DNA of 64,000 nt. Origin: an uncultured candidate division Zixibacteria bacterium. Its GTDB lineage: Bacteria > Zixibacteria > MSB-5A5 > UBA10806 > 4484-95. The first letter of the stretch is position 1. Each line of letters opens with the position of its first letter. The stretch covers positions 1 through 64,000 of the forward strand of contig CAXXKA010000006.1 of assembly GCA_963668625.2 (NCBI GenBank), written 5' to 3'. A program made the translations under genes and the position numbers. Shown piece after piece: positions 30,857 to 40,359 of the stretch. The notes beneath the pieces were generated by a model that made no database searches, was not told the DNA's origin, and was given only the letters and a program-made list of their open reading frames with translations.

Positions 30857-31192
30857 TTATCTTTTTATGATAATTTTTGTTATTTTACCGTCTTTAGCCT
30901 GAAGTTGAATGCTGCCCAACCGAGTCATCGGGGATATATCGTCGCCGTAGTCAGCTATGGCGGCGGTATTTGTTTCTCGCACCTTGATCAACGACAAGCT
31001 GGAATCCGGTTGTTGAAGGTTGAACATGCGGGAGATACTGTCTTTGCCTACGAAAGAGCCAATGCGAGGATCCTCGAATTCATATACGGCATCCTGAGTA
31101 AACAGTTCGAGCATCGGCTCGAAATCACCCTGCTCGGCGCCGTAATTATATAACGAAACGTATTTTTCCAGAAGATCGCTATTGTACATCAC
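30857..31192 (-). CDS. SnoaL/NTF2-like protein
   Basis: GDFEPMLELFTQDAVY...G...I, DGKITKI pattern. Confidence 0.75.
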   Translation of the reverse strand: MMYNSDLLEKYVSLYNYGAEQGDFEPMLELFTQDAVYEFEDPRIGSFVGKDSISRMFNLQQPDSSLSLIKVRETNTAAIADYGDDISPMTRLGSIQLQAKDGKITKIIIKR

Positions 31193-31257
31193 GCACGGCC
31201 CTTTTGTATCAGTTGATTTAACTGATTTAACTATCTATATGACAGTATCGGTTTCGA

Positions 31258-31773
31258 TCAATTCTTGTTTAAGTTGTCCATTATGTCATCTATTTTGCCC
31301 TCGAACCAATCTTTTATCACCTTATCGATCTGGTCAGTGGCTTCAGGTATTACGATTTGTGGGGCATTGATGAGCTTTTTGGCCCGTCCCTCCAGATCGC
31401 GTTCCAGCTCCGATTTGTCGTCCCAATTGGTTAATACGATCTCCTGGATTTTCAAGAAACTGGCCACTACCAGATAAGAATCATCAAGGTAACCAAACAA
31501 GCCGTGCTCATCATCGGAGATTAAGTCATTGGGATGGTAGACGTAGGTTATGATCAATCCCGCCAGCGTTTTAGCCTGATGAGGTGTGTTTTTATCGTTC
31601 CAATAACGGCTTAATACTTTAAGCGTGGGGGGCATGAGAAATACGAAGTCCTTGAGAGTCTGTATCTGCTCCTCGGTGGCTTTCGAGTCGATACGTTTGG
31701 ATATCTCCCTGCCGAATTGATCCATCGAATTATCTGCAAGTAACCGCAATTGTTCCTGTAAAGCTTTTAACAT
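31258..31773 (-). CDS. DUF1232/YkvA-like protein
   Basis: YVYHPNDLISD..GLFGYLDD motif. Confidence 0.75.
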   Translation of the reverse strand: MLKALQEQLRLLADNSMDQFGREISKRIDSKATEEQIQTLKDFVFLMPPTLKVLSRYWNDKNTPHQAKTLAGLIITYVYHPNDLISDDEHGLFGYLDDSYLVVASFLKIQEIVLTNWDDKSELERDLEGRAKKLINAPQIVIPEATDQIDKVIKDWFEGKIDDIMDNLNKN

Positions 31774-31916
31774 CAGGAGGCCTCCTTTATCAATCTACTT
31801 GTATTAACTTTCGCCGGTTAATCTTCGTGTTAACCAATTATTACCCCGTATGAGGCTTCATCGCTTGCCCGCATGTTTCGAGGTAATATATTTAACGATT
31901 ATAAGGCCCGTATTGT

Positions 31917-32453
31917 TTACAGATTCTTAAACGGTTCGAAACTCATGAAATCGGCGTGATGCACTATGAACGCCTCGGTCGAGCGTTTTACCATATTGCC
32001 CTCGCCTGCATGAGCGGCTATTATGTGAAGTACTTTATCGGGCACGCCGCACTCCATCGCCAGGCCGACCCCGGAGAACGGATGACGTACGAATTTTCCA
32101 TATGTGCTAACCACGGCTTTGCCATCCTGCTTGTCGTATTCCAGAAGTTTGCCGACATCAGCCAAGATAGCGCCGGAGATAACTACATCCATATCGATCG
32201 GCAGATTATCGCCGAAAAAACCGGCCATATCTTCAGCGGAATGACGGGAGATATGGACGACAGCGCGTTTATGCTCCATGAACGTAACCGGGCAGTCTTT
32301 CACCAGAAGCGTAAACGGTATTTCATTGAGATCGGCGGCGTTGAGTTTGGATCGTTCCAGGGCGATCTCCCAGGTCTTGGCGGTTTGTTCACGAAGAATT
32401 TTATCTGATATCCATTCCAGTTCGGGCCAGAGTTTATAAACATCATCTGCCAT
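31917..32453 (-). CDS. HD-superfamily (HDIG-like) protein
   Basis: EH...GAILADVGK, RHPFSG, IAAH, HHAD; AAGGAG RBS before MADDV. Confidence 0.8.
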   Translation of the reverse strand: MADDVYKLWPELEWISDKILREQTAKTWEIALERSKLNAADLNEIPFTLLVKDCPVTFMEHKRAVVHISRHSAEDMAGFFGDNLPIDMDVVISGAILADVGKLLEYDKQDGKAVVSTYGKFVRHPFSGVGLAMECGVPDKVLHIIAAHAGEGNMVKRSTEAFIVHHADFMSFEPFKNL

Positions 32454-32634
32454 TAATGTCGCTCCTTTATCAGGTTGCCGGGGGATGATTGCGCTAAAGA
32501 GGTACGGCATGCCGAGCCCCTGCGGCTATATCCAAACGGCATTAAATTAAAATCTACACTTATGGATGGTAAGGTAATGATTTTGTGATTTGGTGTCAAT
32601 GTGAAAGGGCAGGGGGATGGCTACCCCACCAGTA

Positions 32635-32907
32635 GGGCTTGTTGAAAAAGTCTTTTTTGGATGACGGTGGTGTCAGGAATCCATTCCTGACACCTGATTT
32701 CATGCGGCATGTCGCCGGTCTATTCTGTTACCTATGTGACAGTACATTCACTCATGGCTGATGGCATCTAATGGAAAGGCACTGAGACTATATTTGGATG
32801 AGCATTCTTATAGGATAATTTTATTGACACCTGATTTCATGCGGCATATCGCAGGGAAAGGATGAACAAAGGACTTCGTCCGCCCAGCGACTCACGGACC
32901 TGGCTTC
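32635..32907. mobile_element. Disrupted copy of 148-bp MITE
   Basis: Left TIR gggcttgttgaaaaag and body match 49664..49811; interrupted by ~105 nt flanked by a duplicated tgacacctgatttcatgcggcat; right TIR truncated by the 142-bp repeat. Confidence 0.75.
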
Positions 32908-33049
32908 TTCTCTGGTTTTAAAACTCAGATTTTGAAATCCACTGTATTCAAAAAACTTCGTTTTGATTTTTTGTAGCCTGCAAAGCAAAATCGAAACAGA
33001 GTTTCTCAAACACGATCATTCCCAAATCGGAGTTTGGCAACGAGCTGAA
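32908..33049. repeat. 142-bp palindromic REP-like element, copy 1
   Basis: Direct repeat of 34467..34608 with few substitutions; imperfect terminal inverted repeats. Confidence 0.9.
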
Positions 33050-33147
33050 AAAACATTTATACTATAATGCAAAACTTTTTTCACTTCATATTACTAGAGG
33101 TCCATATTGCAAAAGCATTCAAGAACTGCTAAACCTAGTATTGTAAC

Positions 33148-33663
33148 TTAAAACTCCTTATAGTCCATTACTTTACCGTGATGAAGTAAACTGCATATTT
33201 TAAAATAGTCATCATTAGTAAGCGGTTTTCCATAAATATAGAATATTTTATTAGTTTGAGGATGAATAATATATGCTTTTTCAAAATCATTATCTGCCTG
33301 TATATGGTTCACAATAACCAAAGAATCTTGATCACTCCTCCATCTAGAAATATGCTTTTCGAAACCTTCCTCATCTTCCATTAATTTGTATAGATACTCT
33401 TTAATATTAGCGAATGGAATTCTAAGTTCACCCGTTAAAATATAATTATCATTTGCATAATACTCATTTAGAGTATCGCCACTAATAACGATTGATTTCA
33501 ATAAATATATATCCCCGACACTAGTATTACTGGCGACCACTGAGTATTTATTTCCTATTTTTGTAGCAACTAATAAGCGCAAATTTTTTGATGTTGAAGG
33601 AATAACATGCAAAATAAAAAGTGTTACCGATAAAATAATCAGGGAATAAATGAGCTTTTTCAT
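33148..33663 (-). CDS. AT-rich hypothetical protein with N-terminal signal/TM
   Basis: 171-aa ORF, MKKLIYSLIILS...; start overlaps upstream stop. Confidence 0.7.
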   Translation of the reverse strand: MKKLIYSLIILSVTLFILHVIPSTSKNLRLLVATKIGNKYSVVASNTSVGDIYLLKSIVISGDTLNEYYANDNYILTGELRIPFANIKEYLYKLMEDEEGFEKHISRWRSDQDSLVIVNHIQADNDFEKAYIIHPQTNKIFYIYGKPLTNDDYFKICSLLHHGKVMDYKEF

Positions 33664-34328
33664 TTAGAATCCGCTCCCCATTGTACTTTTTTTATTGAAT
33701 AGGATAGATCCTGATTGTTTCCAAGCAAATCGTTAACCAAGTATAATATATCTTTTAAATCAGCATTATTACTTAGTATAAGTACTTCTATATTTCGTTT
33801 TGGCAATGAAACATTCCATATTAAGGTAAATCCATCGTCAATATCAAATTCACAGATGTTACTATAAATAATTATTTCTTCATCAAACATATCAATTGTT
33901 ATTAATACATTGTAAATATCATCATGTGTACCACCTTCAAACTGAGCATTAAATAATTTAGTATTATCAATCGATAATGTATCTGAAAAATAATGTGCTA
34001 TTGATAAATGCATACTTCCTTTCCGCATATCGTAGTTTTCAGACTCACTATTAATATCATATTTCAATATTTGAACCGGTTGTTTTAGAAATATTTTTTC
34101 AGTTCCGAGAGCAATTGTTTTATCCGGCATAAAATACGAAATAACTTTTAAATAATTATAATAAATATTATCTGTAGAAATATCTATATAAACTAATACA
34201 AATAAACTCAAAGAAATAACAAATGTGAGAAACGCTATGAAAACTAGTAACCATTTTTTTAACATCCCCCTGTTTGTTTGAATAGTTTTCATAGAACCTA
34301 TATTAAACTCAATATCATTATTATTCAA
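33660..34328 (-). CDS. AT-rich hypothetical membrane-anchored protein
   Basis: 222-aa ORF with one hydrophobic helix near the N-terminus; start uncertain. Confidence 0.65.
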   Translation of the reverse strand: MNNNDIEFNIGSMKTIQTNRGMLKKWLLVFIAFLTFVISLSLFVLVYIDISTDNIYYNYLKVISYFMPDKTIALGTEKIFLKQPVQILKYDINSESENYDMRKGSMHLSIAHYFSDTLSIDNTKLFNAQFEGGTHDDIYNVLITIDMFDEEIIIYSNICEFDIDDGFTLIWNVSLPKRNIEVLILSNNADLKDILYLVNDLLGNNQDLSYSIKKVQWGADSK

Positions 34329-34466
34329 GTTTTAAAACGAAATATTCCTAATTCATTCTTATTTTCTTGGTATCAGTTTAAATCCAGGAACCACCTTTTA
34401 AGTGCCAAAAGGGATTAACTTGAATTAAATATATCCATAGTAGATCTTTTAATTCCAACTACTTGT

Positions 34467-34608
34467 TTCTCTGGTTTTAAAACTCAGATTTTGAAACCCA
34501 CTGTATTCAAAAAACTTTGTTTTGATTTTTTATAGCCTGCAAAGTAAAATCGAAATAGAGTTTCTCAAACACGATCATTTTCAAATCGGAGTTTGGGAAC
34601 GAGTTGAA
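34467..34608. repeat. 142-bp palindromic REP-like element, copy 2
   Basis: Direct repeat of 32908..33049. Confidence 0.9.
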
Positions 34609-34698
34609 TAATGAGATGTTTAGTCAATTTTAATTTACACTAATTAATGTTGTATTATTGAGTAGACTTATATGGTTGTAATTTTCTTGATCTGTATA

Positions 34699-35334
34699 TC
34701 ACCTGTTAAACATAACCTCGGTTAAGCCGGTCGAGGCCCAGAAATCCAGCTCTATTGCCTGTTTCTCATCCAGCTTGAGTACGAGAAATTTTGGCCGTTT
34801 GATCTCGTGATCCGCCAGGTAAACATCGAAGAAAGCATGAACGTGAATGCTCTGGCCGGGAAGTTTCTCCGGGCAGGCGCTTTGCTCGGCGAAATATTGT
34901 ACCGTGGTTTTGATCTCGGTTGGTTTGGTGACTCCGTGGCAGGTAAAATCGCCTTTGAGTGTAATCTCATGGGGTTGGCCGTCACTGATATCCGGAGTAT
35001 CGCTTACTACCTCGTTTAGAACGAACTCGGCCTCGGGATAGGTGTCGGTTTCCAGGTGGTTATCACGCATGTGGTTATCGCGAAGATCGATGCCGGTCTT
35101 GAGGCCGGCTAAATCTACAACGAACCTGGCCTCGGCGGAGATTATGTTATCGGGGGAGACATTAAGATAGCCTTTGATCATAGAGGTTGTTCCCTCGACG
35201 GTTTCCATCGGGGCTTTCGAGGTGAATTTCACCATATCCCGGCCATCCTTGCCATTGACGAAAAATGAATTCGTTTGAGCAAAAAGGAGCAGCGGTGATA
35301 TTAAAACCATAATCAAGGTCAGCGATTTTCTCAT
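34699..35334 (-). CDS. YceI family protein
   Basis: Signal peptide; LKTGIDLRDNHMR, YPEAEF, GDFTCHGVTK. Confidence 0.9.
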   Translation of the reverse strand: MRKSLTLIMVLISPLLLFAQTNSFFVNGKDGRDMVKFTSKAPMETVEGTTSMIKGYLNVSPDNIISAEARFVVDLAGLKTGIDLRDNHMRDNHLETDTYPEAEFVLNEVVSDTPDISDGQPHEITLKGDFTCHGVTKPTEIKTTVQYFAEQSACPEKLPGQSIHVHAFFDVYLADHEIKRPKFLVLKLDEKQAIELDFWASTGLTEVMFNR

Positions 35335-35478
35335 GATACACTCCGGATTTAATGCGGTTTGGTACTTTTATTTACATTGAAAAACTTTTCTTAGTAAGAT
35401 GTAGTTCCTTTAGTTACGAGCAAAATGCTATATACGGATAAGAAAGTAGTATTTAATTTTGATAAGGAAAAATATGGT

Positions 35479-36561
35479 ATGAAATCCAATCATGTCCTGG
35501 CAATCGGGGTTGCCATTGCCCTGACAGTCTCATCGCTTTCTTTCAGCTTACCGAAATTCACCGCCTCCTCGGAGCAGAAATGTAACCTTTGCCATGTAAG
35601 CCCCTCGGGCGGCGGTATGAGAAACGATTTCGGGGCGCAGTTTTTCGCTATGACAGAGCTGCCGGTTCATAAAACCGAGTTCGAGCAGATCGAGAAGTTC
35701 CAAACCCGAATATCCGATATTATCTCACTTGGCGCGGATATGCGCACATTATTCAACTATGATGAGGCAACCGATCAAGCCTCGTTCTTTCAGATGGAAG
35801 GGAACCTTCATGTATCGGCTCAACTTGATGACAAGTTCTCGCTGACAATGAGCAAAGGTATCTATGATGGTTTCGAGATTTACGGCATGGGGTACGTTTT
35901 ACCGATGCAGGGTAATTTCCGGGTAGGCAAGTTTCAACCATCCTATGGCTGGCGTTTTGCCGATCATACCTCATTCGTACGGGAGAAAATGCTGTGGTCG
36001 CCCGGCGCTACCGATACCGGTTTCGAACTGGGATTATTCCCGCACAAATTTTCGATTAACGTAGGTTTGTATAACGGAACCAGTGGTACTTTCGATAACG
36101 AGAACAGCAAAGCGCTGTCATCACGAGTTTCATTCCGTCATAAGATAGCCGGTATCGGTTTCGGAATCGGTGGATCTTATTGGATAAATAATCATGATAG
36201 CGGCGATGTTACGATGTTCGGTCCTTTCGGGTATATCAATCTGCTTCAAGGCAAGCTTATCTACATGGGAGAAATCGATTGGTTGAAGGATGAGAACGTT
36301 ATCGGCAAGCCTACCCGGGAGGCTACCACCAACAAATTAAGTTTCAAACTCAGGCAGGGGATATGGTTGAATGCCGGTTACGATTTTTACGATCCGGATA
36401 TTGACCTGGTTACCGGGCGAGTTAATCGTTATGGTATCGGAATCGAGTATTTCCCCTATGGTTTCTTGGAAATACAGCCGAATCTCTGGTATTATGAGGA
36501 TGATTTCGCCAGTGATGATAAATATATATTATTCAACACGCAGATGCATTTCTTCTTTTAA
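35479..36561 (+). CDS. Outer-membrane beta-barrel with N-terminal CxxCH heme motif
   Basis: Signal peptide, CNLCHVSPSGGG, alternating beta-strands, terminal Phe (MHFFF). Confidence 0.8.
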   Translation: MKSNHVLAIGVAIALTVSSLSFSLPKFTASSEQKCNLCHVSPSGGGMRNDFGAQFFAMTELPVHKTEFEQIEKFQTRISDIISLGADMRTLFNYDEATDQASFFQMEGNLHVSAQLDDKFSLTMSKGIYDGFEIYGMGYVLPMQGNFRVGKFQPSYGWRFADHTSFVREKMLWSPGATDTGFELGLFPHKFSINVGLYNGTSGTFDNENSKALSSRVSFRHKIAGIGFGIGGSYWINNHDSGDVTMFGPFGYINLLQGKLIYMGEIDWLKDENVIGKPTREATTNKLSFKLRQGIWLNAGYDFYDPDIDLVTGRVNRYGIGIEYFPYGFLEIQPNLWYYEDDFASDDKYILFNTQMHFFF

Positions 36562-36581
36562 AGGAGATGGTACGATAAAAG

Positions 36582-36800
36582 CATCTTGCTAATCTATTCT
36601 GTTGGTGTTAGAGCTTCGGTAATGAATTTCTAACTGGAGCGGATAGGTTATAGGCTGAACTGAATGCTTGAGGCCAGACCTCGTAAAGGAGATTAATCAG
36701 ACCTGTAACCGAATTGCCACCATAAGGCAAAGACCTTGAATAGGAGTTTGGTAGGCGCCGACAGAGAGTCTGCTCCAGTGATAACCATAGAATGGAGCAA
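36582..36800 (+). ncRNA. Predicted IS110 bridge RNA (ends approximate)
   Basis: Stem ggttatagg/cctgtaacc encloses a loop with TAAAGGAG (target match); second loop carries ACCAT and ATAGGAG (donor-junction matches) around inner hairpin aagg/cctt. Confidence 0.7.
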
Positions 36801-36804
36801 GAAG

Positions 36805-37818
36805 ATGAGGTACTTAGGAGTAGACCTTCACACAAACAGTTTGACCGTGTGTTGCCTGACAGCCGGTGGTCGGGAGAGGATCAAGGAGTATCGGCTAAAG
36901 GATCTAAAGGAATTTAAACGAGGATTAAAAAAGACGGATTGTGTAGCGGTTGAGGCCACTGGCAACACTCGTTATTTCGTTGATGAGATATCGCATTTGG
37001 TCAAGCGAGTTGTTGTCGTCGATCCGAACAAATTTGAGATAATCAAATCATCAGTCAGTAAGACGGATGAAAACGATGCCAGGAACTTAGCCTATTTTAT
37101 GAGCAAAGACATGTTGCCGAAAGCCCGATTAAAGACGAAAGATAAAGCGCAGATCAGTTCACTTGTTGGGACACGGGACAAGCTGGTCAAGTTACGTACA
37201 GCTTTGAAGAATAAAATACACAACATACTCAATCATCATGGTATCAAGAGTAAAAAGGAGGCCTACTCCAGCAACAAGAGTTTGGAGCGGGTTCTAAAGA
37301 TGAATTTTGATGAGGTTGTTTCTGTTGAGCTTGAGGTATTGGTTGATCAGATTCGCAGTTTGAATGAGGGGATAAAAAAGCTGGACAAACAGATAGAGGA
37401 TCAGGGTCGCAAGTTGAACGGGCATAAGAACCTGACCAGCATCAAAGGAATCGGCAGCAAATCAGCTACAGTGTTGCTTTCGGTAATTGGTGATGTTGCT
37501 GATTTTTCGGACAAAGATAAATTGGCCTCATATTTTGGCGTAGTGCCGCGAGTTTCCAATTCAAACGAGATTCAGCATCATGGTCGGATTACCAAGCGTG
37601 GTTCTAAGATTGGTCGGACTACACTGGTGCAGTGTACGCTTGTTGCCATACGATATAACCATTACTTGAGTAAATATTACAATCGTATAAAAAACCGTCG
37701 TGGCAGCGGTAAGGCTATCATTGCCACAGCCAGAAAATTACTGGGAATAATCTATGACACCTTGAAAAATAATTGGGTGTTTGAAGATTTCCCTAACTTT
37801 GTGTTAGCAAACAGATAA
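36805..37818 (+). CDS. IS110 family DEDD recombinase/transposase
   Basis: GVDLH, VEATG, KTDENDA (DEDD); C-terminal GIG...LASYFGVVPRVSNS...GRITKRG, ATARKL. Confidence 0.96.
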   Translation: MRYLGVDLHTNSLTVCCLTAGGRERIKEYRLKDLKEFKRGLKKTDCVAVEATGNTRYFVDEISHLVKRVVVVDPNKFEIIKSSVSKTDENDARNLAYFMSKDMLPKARLKTKDKAQISSLVGTRDKLVKLRTALKNKIHNILNHHGIKSKKEAYSSNKSLERVLKMNFDEVVSVELEVLVDQIRSLNEGIKKLDKQIEDQGRKLNGHKNLTSIKGIGSKSATVLLSVIGDVADFSDKDKLASYFGVVPRVSNSNEIQHHGRITKRGSKIGRTTLVQCTLVAIRYNHYLSKYYNRIKNRRGSGKAIIATARKLLGIIYDTLKNNWVFEDFPNFVLANR

Positions 37819-37856
37819 CTGAAATTTGGAGTAGACTTTTATCATAGGAGTAAATA

Positions 37857-38510
37857 ATGAATACGAAATATCATTTCAATATCGGTGTAGTCGCGCTAGG
37901 CGCAATCATACTTATGATGGCCTGCTCCGATAAAGGCAGCGACCCGGAGAACAGGGCGCCCGAAATCACCTCGGCTTCATTAGTGGAAGCTTATATCGAC
38001 TCATCATTTTCGTATACCGCTACTGCCGGCGACCCGGACGGCACCACGCCAGTATTGCATTTCGAGAATATTCCGAGTTGGCTCGATACCTCCGCTAACG
38101 TGATCTCCGGGACAGTCGCCGGTAACGCTTCCGATACCTCGTTCACGGTGATAGCCTCGGATGACTTTCTGGCGGATACGCTGGGAGTCATAGTCGATAT
38201 CACCACACCGGCGGTGGTTATTTCCTATACCTCATCAGTGCAGCCGATATTTAATGCTCGTTGTGCTAACTCTGGTTGCCACTTGAATGGAGATAACAGC
38301 GGAGGACTGAGGCTGGACAGCTATACGCTTCTGATGCAGGGTGGTGGTTCCGGCAGCGTAATCACACCGGGAAATTCCAATAACAGTTTACTTGTCAGCC
38401 GTATCGAGGGGACGGTCGGCCAGAGAATGCCGCTCGGCCAGTCGGCGCTGTCTTCTCAGCAGATCGAAACTATTCGCACCTGGATAGAGCAGGGCGCTGA
38501 AAATAATTAG
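37857..38510 (+). CDS. Lipoprotein with Ig-like domain and c-type cytochrome domain
   Basis: Lipobox MMAC; DPDG Ig-like domain; VQPIFNARCANSGCH, RMP and WIEQGA (Planctomycete cytochrome C-like). Confidence 0.82.
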   Translation: MNTKYHFNIGVVALGAIILMMACSDKGSDPENRAPEITSASLVEAYIDSSFSYTATAGDPDGTTPVLHFENIPSWLDTSANVISGTVAGNASDTSFTVIASDDFLADTLGVIVDITTPAVVISYTSSVQPIFNARCANSGCHLNGDNSGGLRLDSYTLLMQGGGSGSVITPGNSNNSLLVSRIEGTVGQRMPLGQSALSSQQIETIRTWIEQGAENN

Positions 38511-38537
38511 ATAGCGATTCATATTATTGATTTGTAT

Positions 38538-38563
38538 GCCATCCCGAGCACGGGATGGCTTTT
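38538..38563 (+). terminator. Intrinsic terminator
   Basis: gccatcccg-agca-cgggatggc followed by tttt. Confidence 0.75.
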
Positions 38564-38631
38564 GTGTTGATATCGTATGGGTTTTCTTATTATCATATGT
38601 GAAACATGAATCGATCTGATCCGGAGGAAAA

Positions 38632-40323
38632 ATGCGAAAAATAGCCAGTATTATTTTAATAGCGATTTTTATGATTACCGTTGCGGTGTATTCGGCCTCT
38701 CCCAGACCGCAGGTTAGCGAAAACGGTATGGTGGTAGCGGCAGAAAAAAACGCCGCTGAAGTTGGCGCGGGTATTCTCAGTGATGGCGGTAATGCCATCG
38801 ATGCCGCAATAGCAGTCGCAGCCGCCTTGAATGTAACTGAGGGCTACAGCTCGGGGATGGGTGGTGGATGTTTCATACTGGTGTACCGGGCGGAAGATGA
38901 AAAAGTGTATGTCATAGACGGTCGCGAGGAGGCCCCCGCGAAAGCACATCGCGATATGTATGTCAATAAAGACGGTACGATTAAAGAGGGGCAGTCGACT
39001 ACGGGAGTCACGGCCTCGGGCGTACCGGGCGAACCGGCGGCTCTTCGGATGATATACGAACGCTGGGGAAGTAAACCCTGGCGGGAGTTGTTCGAGCCCG
39101 CAATAGCGTTAGCCGATACCGGTTTTCCTCTGACTTTAACTTATGCCGAACGTTTAATGTATTTGAAAGACAAACTGGCGCTATTCGAGTCGACCCGAAA
39201 GGTGTTCTTCCCGGAAAACGATAGCTTACCCTTTGGCCTAAACGATAGATTGGTGCAGAAAGACCTGGCCAATTTTCTGACAATTCTGGCCGATAGCGGC
39301 GCGGGCTGGTTTTACGACAGCAAATTCACCGAGGATTTCGCGAATTTCGTTAAGCGCAATGATGGTTACATTCGCGAGGATGATTTCGCCAGGTATCAAC
39401 CCGTGATGCGTGAGCCCGTTCACGGAGAGTTCCGGGGATACGATATCTACTCGATGCCGCCGCCATCCTCCGGAGGCGTGCATGTTATCCAGATGCTCGA
39501 GATGCTGGAGCCTTTCAATCTCAGCTACTGGGGAGCCGGTTCCTCGGAGACCGTGCATATTTTAGCCGAGACGATGAAACGCGCTTTTGCCGACAGAGCC
39601 TATTACCTGGGAGATCCGGATTTCGTGGATGTACCGGTTGAGGGATTGCTCGATTCCGTTTATCTCGAAAACCATCGAAACACGATGACTCCTTATATGG
39701 CCTCGAATATATCCGGGCCGGGAACGGTACCGGGTTACGAAAGCGATCAGACAACGCATTTCTCCATTATCGATTCCGACGGCAATATGGTGGCGATGAC
39801 CGCTACGATAAACACCAGTTTCGGCTCGGGAGTCGTGCTTCCGGGTTGGGGGCTGCTATTAAACAACCAGATGGATGATTTCTCCTCCCAGCCGGGCGTG
39901 CCTAATTTCTACGGGCTGGTAGGTTCCGAGGCTAACTCGATTCAACCGGGCAAGCGGCCGTTGTCCTCCATGACTCCTACTATCGTATTGAAAGATGGTA
40001 AACCAGCAGGCGTATTCGGCTCGCCGGGCGGACCGCGAATCATCACAACCGTGCTGCAGGCGTTTCTCAACGTTGTCGAGTTCGATATGGATATACAACA
40101 GGCCGTGGATGCTCCCAGGGTGCATCATCAGTGGAAACCGGACGTCGTTTTCGTCGAGCCGGAGCTTGCCTCGGATGTGATAACCAACCTGATAGCTAAA
40201 GGTCATCAGGTATATCAATCGGGGCATTGGTCCTCGGCGCAATGTATCTGGGTGGATCAGGAAAGCGGCTTGATATTCGGCGGTACCGATAGTAGATCAC
40301 AGGGTGCGGCTGCTGGTTATTGA
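38632..40323 (+). CDS. ggt: Gamma-glutamyltransferase
   Basis: GGNAIDAA, DGREEAP, QTTHFS (catalytic Thr), NNQMDDF, PGKRPLSSMTP, GSPGG. Confidence 0.97.
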   Translation: MRKIASIILIAIFMITVAVYSASPRPQVSENGMVVAAEKNAAEVGAGILSDGGNAIDAAIAVAAALNVTEGYSSGMGGGCFILVYRAEDEKVYVIDGREEAPAKAHRDMYVNKDGTIKEGQSTTGVTASGVPGEPAALRMIYERWGSKPWRELFEPAIALADTGFPLTLTYAERLMYLKDKLALFESTRKVFFPENDSLPFGLNDRLVQKDLANFLTILADSGAGWFYDSKFTEDFANFVKRNDGYIREDDFARYQPVMREPVHGEFRGYDIYSMPPPSSGGVHVIQMLEMLEPFNLSYWGAGSSETVHILAETMKRAFADRAYYLGDPDFVDVPVEGLLDSVYLENHRNTMTPYMASNISGPGTVPGYESDQTTHFSIIDSDGNMVAMTATINTSFGSGVVLPGWGLLLNNQMDDFSSQPGVPNFYGLVGSEANSIQPGKRPLSSMTPTIVLKDGKPAGVFGSPGGPRIITTVLQAFLNVVEFDMDIQQAVDAPRVHHQWKPDVVFVEPELASDVITNLIAKGHQVYQSGHWSSAQCIWVDQESGLIFGGTDSRSQGAAAGY

Positions 40324-40359
40324 TATATGGAGTTGTAAGAAAATCGAAAATACTTTTAT

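Larger units (their letters stand above)
36567..37850 (+). mobile_element. IS110-family insertion sequence inserted in an AGGAG ribosome-binding site
   Basis: AGGAG at both boundaries (36562-66, 37846-50); subterminal IR GATAAAAG (36574-81)/CTTTTATC (37836-43); empty site TAA-AGGAG-TAAATA-ATG. Confidence 0.88.

Noticed and set aside
32635-34608. CRISPR array or canonical integron
   Set aside because: Only two long repeats, no regular spacers, no cas or intI gene, and attC boxes not convincingly identified.
36736-36804. TTG-started N-terminal extension of the IS110 recombinase
   Set aside because: Overlaps the predicted bridge RNA; the family-typical start is MRYLGVD at 36805.
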